This document shows, in pieces, positions 28,833 to 37,646 of a stretch of DNA of 64,000 nucleotides. The stretch's first letter is position 1; every line of letters starts with the position of its first letter. This DNA is from Desulfobacterales bacterium. GTDB lineage: Bacteria; Desulfobacterota; Desulfobacteria; Desulfobacterales; UBA5852. Location: the NCBI GenBank assembly GCA_963674755.2, contig CAXXVS010000003.1:2048001-2112000 (forward strand), written 5' to 3'. The translations under genes and the position numbers were made by a program. Under the pieces are notes generated by a model that saw only the letters and a program-made list of their open reading frames with translations, searched no databases and was not told the origin of the DNA.

Positions 28833-29723
28833 CTAAAACGTAATCGGTTTCTCAAAGGTTTCACCTTCCAGAACTGCGCGAATACGGGCCACGGCCCAGT
28901 CGCGCCCCTGAAACAGGATTACCCGGGTACGGCCGGCTTCCTCCAGTTCAAACCCTATTTCGATGTACCCGGAAATCACCTCGTCGGAAATGGCCACGCG
29001 CGTTACCCTGCCAGGGGATTTGAGAAGGTTTTCCGGCCAGGGGATGCCCTGGCGGCGTACATCATCGGAAACGGTTTCTATCGCTTTGAAGAAGCGCTCG
29101 GCCGGGTAGATACGATTTTCAAACTGGGGCAGGTTGTCGAGGGTGTCGATGCGCGGTGCTTCCCCCCGTTCGATGCGCGTCAGCATGTCCCCCGGCACCG
29201 TCAGTTGTTTGAGAACGCGATTGTCTTTGTTGAGGAGGTAGATATTGAAGCCGCTGCCCCCGGGCTCGAAAAAGACGCGATCCCATTCGTTTTCGCTGAT
29301 GAGGCGGACCAGGGTATAGGGCGATAGCAGCTCCGCGGACAGCTCCGGCGGCAGTTCGTTGTACAGATGCCGGAAATGGTCGGCCGATATGATCAGCTCC
29401 CCCCCCCGGGAGAGCGCCTGGGCGATCTGGGCAAAATTCTCAGCATCCCGGGCTTCGCGCTGAACGGCCTGTTTGTCGGTGACGATCTTTTCCAGGATTT
29501 GGCGCGCGTCTTCGGTGCGGTGCCCCTTTTCCCAGATGGCCCCGGATTCGGGGCGGAATTGATTGGTGGTCACCAGGTAGCCGCCCAGGAGATGCTCCAC
29601 CCAGTCAAAACGCAGTTCGGCGATCAGGACGAAGAAGATCACCAGCACCAGGGCAATGGGCCGCAGGGTGAAGATGCGTTTCGACCAGGCGGTGAAAGTA
29701 GGGGGATGGGTCCAGACGTCCAT
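28833..29723 (-). CDS. Hypothetical membrane-anchored protein
   Basis: 296-aa ORF with one N-terminal TM, co-oriented with PBP1A. Confidence 0.75.
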   Translation of the reverse strand: MDVWTHPPTFTAWSKRIFTLRPIALVLVIFFVLIAELRFDWVEHLLGGYLVTTNQFRPESGAIWEKGHRTEDARQILEKIVTDKQAVQREARDAENFAQIAQALSRGGELIISADHFRHLYNELPPELSAELLSPYTLVRLISENEWDRVFFEPGGSGFNIYLLNKDNRVLKQLTVPGDMLTRIERGEAPRIDTLDNLPQFENRIYPAERFFKAIETVSDDVRRQGIPWPENLLKSPGRVTRVAISDEVISGYIEIGFELEEAGRTRVILFQGRDWAVARIRAVLEGETFEKPITF

Positions 29724-29888
29724 GGGTCAATCGGTTCTTGGGTGGTCCAGCATCGGAAAGAGGAAACTATCGGTCGGCATGGTATTCTTCGCAAGCATTC
29801 GACGGGGCTGATCCCGCTCGCCGGGTCGTCGGCCGGCCACGGATCGACGCCGTTGCGGCGGTGCCCCGGGAGGCCTTGTGGCCCCGGG

Positions 29889-30092
29889 CTAACGGTAGAA
29901 GATGGACATCGTCAGATTCCAGGCGTTTTCCGAGCCCTGTGATTCAGATTGAAGGATGTGCAGGATTTCGATATCCGGGTGCTCCCGCAGCCAGTCATTG
30001 ACCTTTTGGGAGAGATTGGTGATGATCGATTCAAACCGTTCGGAGGGAATATGGCCTCCGTCGTAGAACATTTTTACCTGCATCGGTTTCAT
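29889..30092 (-). CDS. Small protein, Cse60-like pattern
   Basis: MQVKMF..LSQKVNDWL..IEILHI..MSIFY; ATG overlaps the MFS stop. Confidence 0.65.
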   Translation of the reverse strand: MKPMQVKMFYDGGHIPSERFESIITNLSQKVNDWLREHPDIEILHILQSESQGSENAWNLTMSIFYR

Positions 30093-31495
30093 GACGTATG
30101 CTTCTGTTGGGGTGTCCCAAGGGGGCGGTCATCAAGTCGCCGCCACGCAAACCATATTAGCACAGCCAGCATCAGAAGGAAATACCCCGGCAGCCAAAGA
30201 AACGACTGCCGGAAAACCACATCTTCCAGCGCCTGCCGGCCGGCAATACCGGTGGGGGGTGCGGTTTCGCGAAGCGCTGCCAGCAGCAGGGCATAGAGCA
30301 GACCGGCCGCTCCATAGGCCAGGTTATACGAAAGCCCCTTGAAGCTCAACACCGTGGCCCGCTGTTCCGAAGCGGCCACCTGGTTGAGGTAGCGGCTGGA
30401 GAAGAACTGGGTCAACATCATGACCCCATAGAGCAGCGCCAGGGGCATCAGACCGAAATAGGGCCAGAAAAAGGCGATGCCGGTCAAACCGGCGACAGCC
30501 ATGGCGCTAATGACGAAGAAATTAACGGTGGGCCGGAACCGGGCGTCCATCTTTTCCGCTATTTTGGGCATGAACACCCCCATCAGGGCCAGCCCCGATC
30601 CGATCAGGCCAAAGGAAGCATCCGGGAAGTGGATGGCCCGCAGATACTGACTGTTGAGGGTGATCACCACCCGGATTACATGGTCGAACAGCATGCCGGC
30701 CAGGATGACGCACAAGGCCGTGGGGGTGTCCAGAATCCAGCGCCCGGTCCGCAAGGTTATTCGAAAGGCGTACCTTATGGTATGCCAACGCGACCGCGGG
30801 CCACGGTTTTCTTCCACCCGGGGGCCGGCAGGGGGTGTTTCATGCATGCCCAGGGTCTGGATCAGGGCGGCCACGGCCATGACCAGGGTCAGAAAGAGGG
30901 GCAAACGCAGGGCGGCCGCCGGGCTGATCCGCAACGCGATTCCCAGGGCGGCCAGGACGCGGTTGACCAGCGCCGGGTCATAGACCGCCGCCCCGATGCT
31001 CATGGCGAATACATAGCCGATGGATTGATAGCGGATCTGGCGCTCCAACACCCGACCCCAGTCGGCCGCGCGTCCCTCACGCTGCAAGGCATCATAGGCG
31101 AGCGCTTCGTCGGCCCCGCTGGCGGCCGCCTCGGCCATCCCGCTCAAGATCCGGTTCAGCAGGAAAACCGGGAACAACAAGGGGCCGCTGCCCCGGGGCG
31201 CCACACACAGCAGACCGATTTCGATCACCATCAGGATGCCGGCCGCCACCAGCAGATTGCGGCGGCCGATGATATCCGCCAAGGCCCCGGAAGGGACTTC
31301 ACACAACACAATGGTCGCGGCCCAGACGGCATTCAGAAGGGCAAATTGTTCCAGGGTCAGACCAAAATCAAGGAACAGGACCGCGAAGATCGGATAGTAA
31401 AAACGGGCATTGAAGCAGACCCGAAAGGCGATGAAACGGCGTACGTTGCCGATGGCAAAGGGGGCGGACCGGTTTGTTGCAGGTGCAGGTTTGAT
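30089..31495 (-). CDS. MFS transporter; start uncertain (non-canonical start or frameshift)
   Basis: Frame open to 31522, encoding FAIGNVRRFIAFRVCFNARFYYPIFAVLFLDFG before EVPSGALADIIGRR; first canonical start only at 31309. Confidence 0.75.
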   Translation of the reverse strand: MKPAPATNRSAPFAIGNVRRFIAFRVCFNARFYYPIFAVLFLDFGLTLEQFALLNAVWAATIVLCEVPSGALADIIGRRNLLVAAGILMVIEIGLLCVAPRGSGPLLFPVFLLNRILSGMAEAAASGADEALAYDALQREGRAADWGRVLERQIRYQSIGYVFAMSIGAAVYDPALVNRVLAALGIALRISPAAALRLPLFLTLVMAVAALIQTLGMHETPPAGPRVEENRGPRSRWHTIRYAFRITLRTGRWILDTPTALCVILAGMLFDHVIRVVITLNSQYLRAIHFPDASFGLIGSGLALMGVFMPKIAEKMDARFRPTVNFFVISAMAVAGLTGIAFFWPYFGLMPLALLYGVMMLTQFFSSRYLNQVAASEQRATVLSFKGLSYNLAYGAAGLLYALLLAALRETAPPTGIAGRQALEDVVFRQSFLWLPGYFLLMLAVLIWFAWRRLDDRPLGTPQQKHTS

Positions 31496-31547
31496 AGCAT
31501 CGTCTCCGTCATCGGAGTCCCGTCAAAAACCCCGGGACGCGCGCGGG

Positions 31548-32774
31548 TCAGTTTTCACCGGCGGGGCGTTCGGGAGGCTCGCCTACCGCCTGGCGAAAGG
31601 CTTCCGGGTCTGTGGCGCCTTCGGTGGAAAACAGGAGGATGCGCGAGGTCGGACCCAGATCGAGCCGGAGCCCCTCGTCGCCGTCCCGGGGCCGCATCAA
31701 ACGCTGCAAGCAGCCCAGCGTGACCGCGCCGCATTCGCCCGCTTCCACCGGCGGATCCGGTGGATCGGGAAAGGCCAGTGGCGGCATGGCCTCCAGGGCG
31801 ACCTCGTCCGCACAGCTGGCAAAGCCATCGGCCCAGCGACGCAAAATCGACCACCCCAGGCGCGAGGGCACACCGCAGGCCAGCCCGGCCATACGGGTGG
31901 TCAGATCCCCGTCCACGGAAATGATCGACTCGCCGCCGGCGGCCATGGAGCGGTAATAGCAGTCGGCAGCGGCGGCTTCAACCACGATCAGCCGCGGTCG
32001 TTGGGCACCGAATTTTTCCACCAGATAGGCCTGCAGGGCAGCGGCCAGCGCGCCCACCCCGCAGGGGACGAAAACATGGCTCGGCATGTCGGGGGCCATT
32101 TGGGCGAAGGCTTCCTCGAAAAGGGTCAGGTAGCCCTGCATGACCCGGCGAGGGATGTCCTCGTAGCCCTCCCAGCCCGTATCCTGAATCAGGAGGCCTT
32201 GCCCCTCTTGTGCTTCCCGGGCGGCCTGGACCACGGCCGCATCATAGTTGCCGTCCACCACAACGGCTTCACCGCCCAGTTGCCGAATCGCCGTATAGCG
32301 GCTGGCGGCCGTGCCGCGGGGTAGCAGGATGCGGCTGCGGCACCCGATGCGTTGCGCCATCCAGGCCACGGCCGCACCGTGGTTGCCGTCCGAGGCGGCC
32401 ACCAGGGGCAAGGCCGACAGGCGGCGGCGGACACGGTCTTCCCGGAAGGCGTCGAAATCAAGGGGGGGCGGCAGGGCCAGGCGCTCGGCCAGGGTGGCAC
32501 AGACCGCATAGGACGCGCCTAAAATCTTGAAGGCTTTCAGACCGAAGCGCCGGGACTCATCCTTGAGCCAGATGCCGCCCAGGCCCAGCCGCCGAGCCAT
32601 CTGGCCGAGTGCCACTATCGGGGTGGGCCGGTAGCCGGGGAGGGTTTCGTGAAAGCGGCCGACGGTCTGTACCGCTTCCTGCGACGCAAAGTCTGTTTCC
32701 CGGGGTCTTGGGGAAGGGCGGCGGGCACGGGGGTTGCAAAACAGCTTCAGCCCTTCCATGGCATCAATCCGCAT
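31548..32774 (-). CDS. dpaL: Diaminopropionate ammonia-lyase
   Basis: YRPTP, KDESRRFGLKAFKILGASYA, ASDGNHG, QDTGWEGY, MAGLACG, STEGATD. Confidence 0.9.
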   Translation of the reverse strand: MRIDAMEGLKLFCNPRARRPSPRPRETDFASQEAVQTVGRFHETLPGYRPTPIVALGQMARRLGLGGIWLKDESRRFGLKAFKILGASYAVCATLAERLALPPPLDFDAFREDRVRRRLSALPLVAASDGNHGAAVAWMAQRIGCRSRILLPRGTAASRYTAIRQLGGEAVVVDGNYDAAVVQAAREAQEGQGLLIQDTGWEGYEDIPRRVMQGYLTLFEEAFAQMAPDMPSHVFVPCGVGALAAALQAYLVEKFGAQRPRLIVVEAAAADCYYRSMAAGGESIISVDGDLTTRMAGLACGVPSRLGWSILRRWADGFASCADEVALEAMPPLAFPDPPDPPVEAGECGAVTLGCLQRLMRPRDGDEGLRLDLGPTSRILLFSTEGATDPEAFRQAVGEPPERPAGEN

Positions 32775-34050
32775 CTCCGGGCGGAACGAGGCCCTTTTCG
32801 TCTTCCGCCCACAGGCGGCACAATTCCATGATGACCTGCGCGCCTTTGGCCAGGGCGATCACCGGGATCCATTCCTTGCGGCTGTGAAACAGGAGGCCGC
32901 CGGCAAACAGGTTGGGGGTGGGAACCCCCAGAAAGCACAACTGGGCACCGTCGGTGCCGCCCCGGATGGCCTTGGTGATGACGTCCACCCCGGCGGCTTG
33001 AATCGCATCGCGGGCTTTACGGCAGACGTCCGGATAGTGATCCAGGACTTCTTTCATATTACGGTATTGTTCACTGATGTGAAGATCGATACGCAGGCCG
33101 GGATGGGCGGTTTCGAAAACCGCACTCATCTGCCGCAGCCATTTTTCCCGCCGGCGGTTGCGTGCGGCGTCGAAATCCCGCAGAAGGATTTCGACGGTGG
33201 CCCGGCTTTCATTGCCGGAGAGGGTCGTCACGTGGAAAAATCCCTCGCGGTCCGCGGTATGCTCCGGTGTTTCGGCCGCCGGCAGGCCCGCCACAAAGCA
33301 GGCGGCCAGCCGGCCGGCATTCACCATGCGGTTTTTGGCATAGCCCGGGTGGACATTCAGGCCCTGGAAAGTCAGCATGGCCTTCAGGGCGTGAAAACAC
33401 TCGGTCTCCAGTTCCCCCATCTCGCCCCCGTCAATGGTATAGCCCACGTCCCCCAGCCGCTCGCGACGGATACGAGCCGTGCCCTGCCCGATTTCCTCGT
33501 CGGGCGTGAACACGATGCGCAGCTCCGGGTGCGGCCATTCCGGTCTGTCGCGGAGGGCTTCCAGGGCGGTCATGATCGCGGCCAGCCCGGCCTTGTCGTC
33601 CGCCCCCAGGAGGGTTTGCCCGGCGGCGGTGATGATGTCTTCACCGATGAATTGCGTGAGTTCGGGCGATTCCTGCGGTGTGAGGACCAAATCGGGATCG
33701 TCGTCGAAACAAAGTGGGCCGCCGGCATAGCGGCGATGCACCACCGGGCGCACATCCTTCCCGGAGACCGAAGGCGATGTATCCAGGTGGGCACAAAAGG
33801 TCAGGGTCATGGGGGTGCGGGCCTGCCGGCCGGGAAGCCGCCCATAGACATAGCCGAAGGTATCCTGTTCGACCGCTTCCAGCCCCAGCTGACGAAGCTC
33901 GTCGGCCAGCCGGGCGCCCAGTTCCAACTGGCCCGGGGAGGATGGCTGTCGGTCGGCCGACGGATCGGCACTGGTGTCGATGGTGACATAGCGCAGAAAA
34001 CGCGCCAGTGCCCGGGGGCGCAGGAATTCGATGAGAGATTGCCGATTCAT
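32764..34050 (-). CDS. pepT: Peptidase T (M20B tripeptidase)
   Basis: RFLRYVTIDT, AHLDT, LLGADDKAG, FTPDEEIG, HPGYAKN, IRGGTDG. Confidence 0.92.
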   Translation of the reverse strand: MNRQSLIEFLRPRALARFLRYVTIDTSADPSADRQPSSPGQLELGARLADELRQLGLEAVEQDTFGYVYGRLPGRQARTPMTLTFCAHLDTSPSVSGKDVRPVVHRRYAGGPLCFDDDPDLVLTPQESPELTQFIGEDIITAAGQTLLGADDKAGLAAIMTALEALRDRPEWPHPELRIVFTPDEEIGQGTARIRRERLGDVGYTIDGGEMGELETECFHALKAMLTFQGLNVHPGYAKNRMVNAGRLAACFVAGLPAAETPEHTADREGFFHVTTLSGNESRATVEILLRDFDAARNRRREKWLRQMSAVFETAHPGLRIDLHISEQYRNMKEVLDHYPDVCRKARDAIQAAGVDVITKAIRGGTDGAQLCFLGVPTPNLFAGGLLFHSRKEWIPVIALAKGAQVIMELCRLWAEDEKGLVPPGDAD

Positions 34051-34069
34051 GGCCTGTGGCTTTAACCGT

Positions 34070-34468
34070 CTAAGATCGCAGGAGGTGTTTGACCGCGGGC
34101 AGTTTCAGACTGGCGGCATCCACCTGCCATTCTCCGGCGGCAGTCTGAGCCCCCTTGAGGCGGCCTTTTTTGAGCCACTTGATGACGCCGGTTTCGGTAA
34201 GATAGGTTCTAGAACTGAATTCGGATACGGACATGATTCGGGCAACGGGAGACGGTTGGGCGGTTTGGGCCGGCGCCGCTTTTTGGGGGGAGGCCGGGGG
34301 TGATGTTTCACCGCTATGTTCCAAGGCGCTGGCGGGGATCATCCATTTGCCCGACTGCTTTTGCCCGCTGAGTTTTTTCTCGCGCAGCATTTTGGTGACT
34401 TGCGCAACGGAGAGGCCGGATCGCGAAGCAAATTCCCTGGTGGTCAGAAGGGGTTCGTTTGGTCCCAT
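34070..34468 (-). CDS. Protein with two excisionase-like (HTH_17) domains
   Basis: LTTREFA..LSGQKQSGKWMIP and MSVSEFS..LKGAQTAAGEWQVD, joined by a Pro/Ala linker; GAAAGGA RBS. Confidence 0.75.
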   Translation of the reverse strand: MGPNEPLLTTREFASRSGLSVAQVTKMLREKKLSGQKQSGKWMIPASALEHSGETSPPASPQKAAPAQTAQPSPVARIMSVSEFSSRTYLTETGVIKWLKKGRLKGAQTAAGEWQVDAASLKLPAVKHLLRS

Positions 34469-34841
34469 GGAGTTGGTCCTTTCTGGATAAACGAAGGTTG
34501 GGGCGGGCGGCCTTTGAAGGGACGGCGATCGTTGGCCGAAATGCCGCCCGGCCGGTCTGCCGAGGCTTCGGCCCTGCTTGGTGGCCACCATACTAAAATC
34601 GATAGGATTCGTAAATGGTTGTCTGGTTGGCGGAACGCCCCTGGTGTTCCCTTCGGACTGAAAGCGCGGATTGACAGCGGCCAATCCATGGTCATGGTTG
34701 ATAGCGTGCCGGCCAAGGCCGGTTGCAAAACGCAACAGGTTTCCTCGCAGGCCCAGTTCCGTCCTGCGGACCCGGACGGCCAGATTATCAAAGCGACCGA
34801 CGGCCAATACCGCCGATGGCGATGCGGCCCCATAGGGGCCC

Positions 34842-34870
34842 TGGCAAGGGCCAACCAATTATCGTATAAT
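34842..34870 (+). promoter_or_regulatory. Candidate sigma70 promoter for the redox protein-selD unit
   Basis: TGGCAA-N17-TATAAT. Confidence 0.5.
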
Positions 34871-35011
34871 AAAACCTTTTGATGGGTACCCCCGGCCTCA
34901 GCGGGGACTTCCGGGCCCGGGAGCTCGGGGATGAGAACGTCCATGGTTTCAGCAGCGGCATCCAAACCTGGCGCAGCATCCGACGATCCAATTCAACCAT
35001 AAAGATGACGA

Positions 35012-35566
35012 ATGCATACGGACCCCCACTACAACCGACTGCTCGAAGGCATCGAAAAGCGGGCTGAAAATCTGTTTCTGACCCGGCAATTGCAATGTGC
35101 CGAGGCCGTGATAACCGTCCTGAACCAGGGGTTGGGCGGCGGTCTGCCCCCCGGAATGGCGGTGCGGCTGGCATCGGCCCTGCCGGAAGGGCTGGGAAGG
35201 CGCGGATGCCTTTGCGGCGCGCTCAATGGCGGGGCCCTGGCCCTGGGCCTGTTTCTGGGGCGCGACGGTCCCGGGTACGGCAACGGCCGGACCGTCAAAC
35301 AGGCGGCGGGTCAGCTGCATGACCAATTCAAGGCCTGCTTCAAGGCGACCTGCTGCCGGATCTTGACCAAATCGTTGGTCTATGGATCGGATGAGCATTT
35401 CCGCCACTGCGCGCAAATGACGGGAACGGCCGCCCGTTTGACCGCCGGCATCGTGCTCAACCACAGGCCGGAACTGGTGAAAACGGCGGACTGGGACTTT
35501 CTGGCCCGGCAGGAAAGCCGTATGGCCGCCGAGGTCAAGAAGCTGGCGCGCGCTTTCGGCCGTTAG
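35012..35566 (+). CDS. C-GCAxxG-C-C family putative redox-active protein
   Basis: QCAEAV, GCLCGALNGG, TCCRIL, HCAQM. Confidence 0.85.
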   Translation: MHTDPHYNRLLEGIEKRAENLFLTRQLQCAEAVITVLNQGLGGGLPPGMAVRLASALPEGLGRRGCLCGALNGGALALGLFLGRDGPGYGNGRTVKQAAGQLHDQFKACFKATCCRILTKSLVYGSDEHFRHCAQMTGTAARLTAGIVLNHRPELVKTADWDFLARQESRMAAEVKKLARAFGR

Positions 35567-35597
35567 GGTCTCGGGATGCCGAACGAGGGACAGGGGA

Positions 35598-36653
35598 TTG
35601 AAGCTGTTCAAGAAACATACCTTGATGAGTCTTTCCAAGACCTGTGGCTGAGCGGCCAAAATCGACCCGGTCGGGCTCGGTGAACTGCTCAAACAGCTTC
35701 CTCAGGTGGAGGATCCCAACCTCCTGGTGGGCTTCAACACAAGTGATGACGCCGGTGTCTATCGTCTCAGGGACGACATGGCCCTGGTGAGCACCGCGGA
35801 TTTTATCACGCCGCCGGTGGATGATCCGTTTATTTACGGACAGATCGCGGCGGCCAATGCCATCAGCGATGTCTATGCCATGGGGGGCCGTCCCATCACC
35901 TGCCTGAATCTGGTGGCCTTTCCTTCCGGGAAACTGGCGCCGGAGATTCTGCACGGGATCGTCGCCGGTGCGATGGCAAAAATCACCGAAGCCGGTGCGG
36001 TGCTGATCGGCGGACACACCATCGAGGATGATGAACCCAAATTCGGTCTGGCGGTCAACGGCGTGGTTCACCCGGACAGGATCTGGACCAATGCCGGCGC
36101 CCGGCCCGGTGACCATCTGGTCCTGACCAAGCCCATCGGCAGCGGCGTGCTTTTCAACGCCAATATCAAAGGCTGGGTATCGGCGGAAGCCCTGTCCGCT
36201 TGTATTGCCCACCTTACCACGCTGAACCGCACGGCCTGCGAGATCATGCAAGGCTTCGAGATCCACGCCGCCACGGATGTCACCGGATTCGGCCTGGCGG
36301 GCCACAGCTTCGAGATGGCCGATGCCTCGGGGGCCATGCTCATCCTTGGGATGGATCGACTGCCCGTGATGGACGAAGCGCTCGATATGTACCGCCGGGG
36401 CGTCAACACGGGGGTGAACCCCCATAATCGGCGGATGGTACAGGATCATTTGGAACTGCGCGGCGACTGGCCGTCCTGGCAGCAGGAAATCCTCTACGAT
36501 CCCCAGACCAGCGGGGGGCTCCTGGCGGCGGTGGATGCCGCTGCCGCAGACGCTCTCGTGACGGCTCTGCGCGCGGCCGGCCTGCTTCAAGCCGTGGTCA
36601 TCGGGGAAGTCCGCCCGCGGGCGTCGGGGTCGGTCATGCTGCAAATCGTATAG
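35598..36653 (+). CDS. selD: Selenide, water dikinase, selenocysteine-containing (TGA 35649-35651); start TTG 35598 or ATG 35625
   Basis: MSLSKTCG-U-AAKIDP in frame with DDAGVY, ADFITP, NAISDVYAMGG, GGHT, TDVTGFGL, DPQTSGGLL. Confidence 0.93.
35661..35681 (+). promoter_or_regulatory. Bacterial SECIS hairpin
   Basis: ATCGA-CCC-GGTC-GGG-C-TCGGT stem-loop with a G-led apical loop about 17 nt after the UGA. Confidence 0.8.
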
Positions 36654-36935
36654 AAGCCCGCTGACCCGATTGCGCCTTGTCACGCCCTTCCGAAAATCGC
36701 GTGCCTTTTCGGCGGGGAGCGGGGGAAGTCGTCGTTTACAAGTAACGGCTGAAGGTTAACCCATTTCAGGGCCGATGAATCAGACGGAACCGGACGCGGA
36801 CCCTAGGTGCAGCTGGAATGGGAACCGAAGGGCCGTGGGGATGATTTTTGCAACGCGATTTTGCTTGACCAAATATCACGTTTAAAATATGTAGTGGGCA
36901 TCAAAAAAAAAATAGTATTCAGGAGAAGGCTTATT

Positions 36936-37565
36936 ATGGGGATTCAGGAGCGCAAAGAGCGTGAAAAAGAGCGTCGCCGGCAGCAGATCATGGTGGCTGC
37001 CAAACGCGTTTTTTCCGAAAAGGGCTTCAACAAGGCCACCATGGAGGACATTGCCCACCAGGCCGAATTGAGCCCGGGGACCCTGTACCTGTATTTTAAG
37101 AACAAGGAGGAGTTATACGCCTCGTTGTCCCTGCGCATTCTGCAATACCTGCTGATTCGCGTCGAACATGTGGATACCGAAGATGTGCCCAGTCCCGAGG
37201 AGAAGGTCAAATCCCTCATGAATGCCATGTACGACGTCTACGAGTTCGATCCTCTGATTATTATCAACATGTTTCATCTGCAATCAAGTGAAACCCTTAA
37301 AAATTTATCGCCCGAGCTGATGTCGGAAATAAAGGCCCTTTCGCAAAAATCCCTGGGGGCCATCGCCAAGATTTTCGAACAGGGCATCAAGGCCGGCAAA
37401 TTTATCGAGCGTCATCCGGTCGCCCTGGCGGACATTTTCTGGTCCCTCTTTTCCGGTGTGGTGCTCTGGGAAGCCAGCAAAAAAATCATTGACGACGAAA
37501 AGGACTACCTCAAGGAGACCCTGGAGATCGCTTTCGAAATTTTTTACCGGGGGCTGCTTAAATAG
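36936..37565 (+). CDS. TetR/AcrR family transcriptional regulator
   Basis: MGIQERKEREK..KGFNKATMEDIA..SPGTLYLYFKNKEEL; AGGAG RBS. Confidence 0.92.
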   Translation: MGIQERKEREKERRRQQIMVAAKRVFSEKGFNKATMEDIAHQAELSPGTLYLYFKNKEELYASLSLRILQYLLIRVEHVDTEDVPSPEEKVKSLMNAMYDVYEFDPLIIINMFHLQSSETLKNLSPELMSEIKALSQKSLGAIAKIFEQGIKAGKFIERHPVALADIFWSLFSGVVLWEASKKIIDDEKDYLKETLEIAFEIFYRGLLK

Positions 37566-37611
37566 TGCCTATCCATAAATGGTAGATTTTGGTTCCTGGT
37601 CCCGCCGCCGG
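37563..37611. repeat. Half copy of the structured repeat (copy 3, opposite orientation)
   Basis: TAGTGCCTATCCATAAATGGTAGATTTTGGTTCCTGGTCCCGCCG closely matches the reverse complement of the right arm of copy 1. Confidence 0.8.
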
Positions 37612-37646
37612 TCTGCAAGCCCGCCCCGTTTGGCCCTCCCCTGACG

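Noticed and set aside
34469..34858. N-terminal extension of ORF 34070-34858
   Set aside because: Composition is not protein-like, and a good RBS precedes ATG 34468
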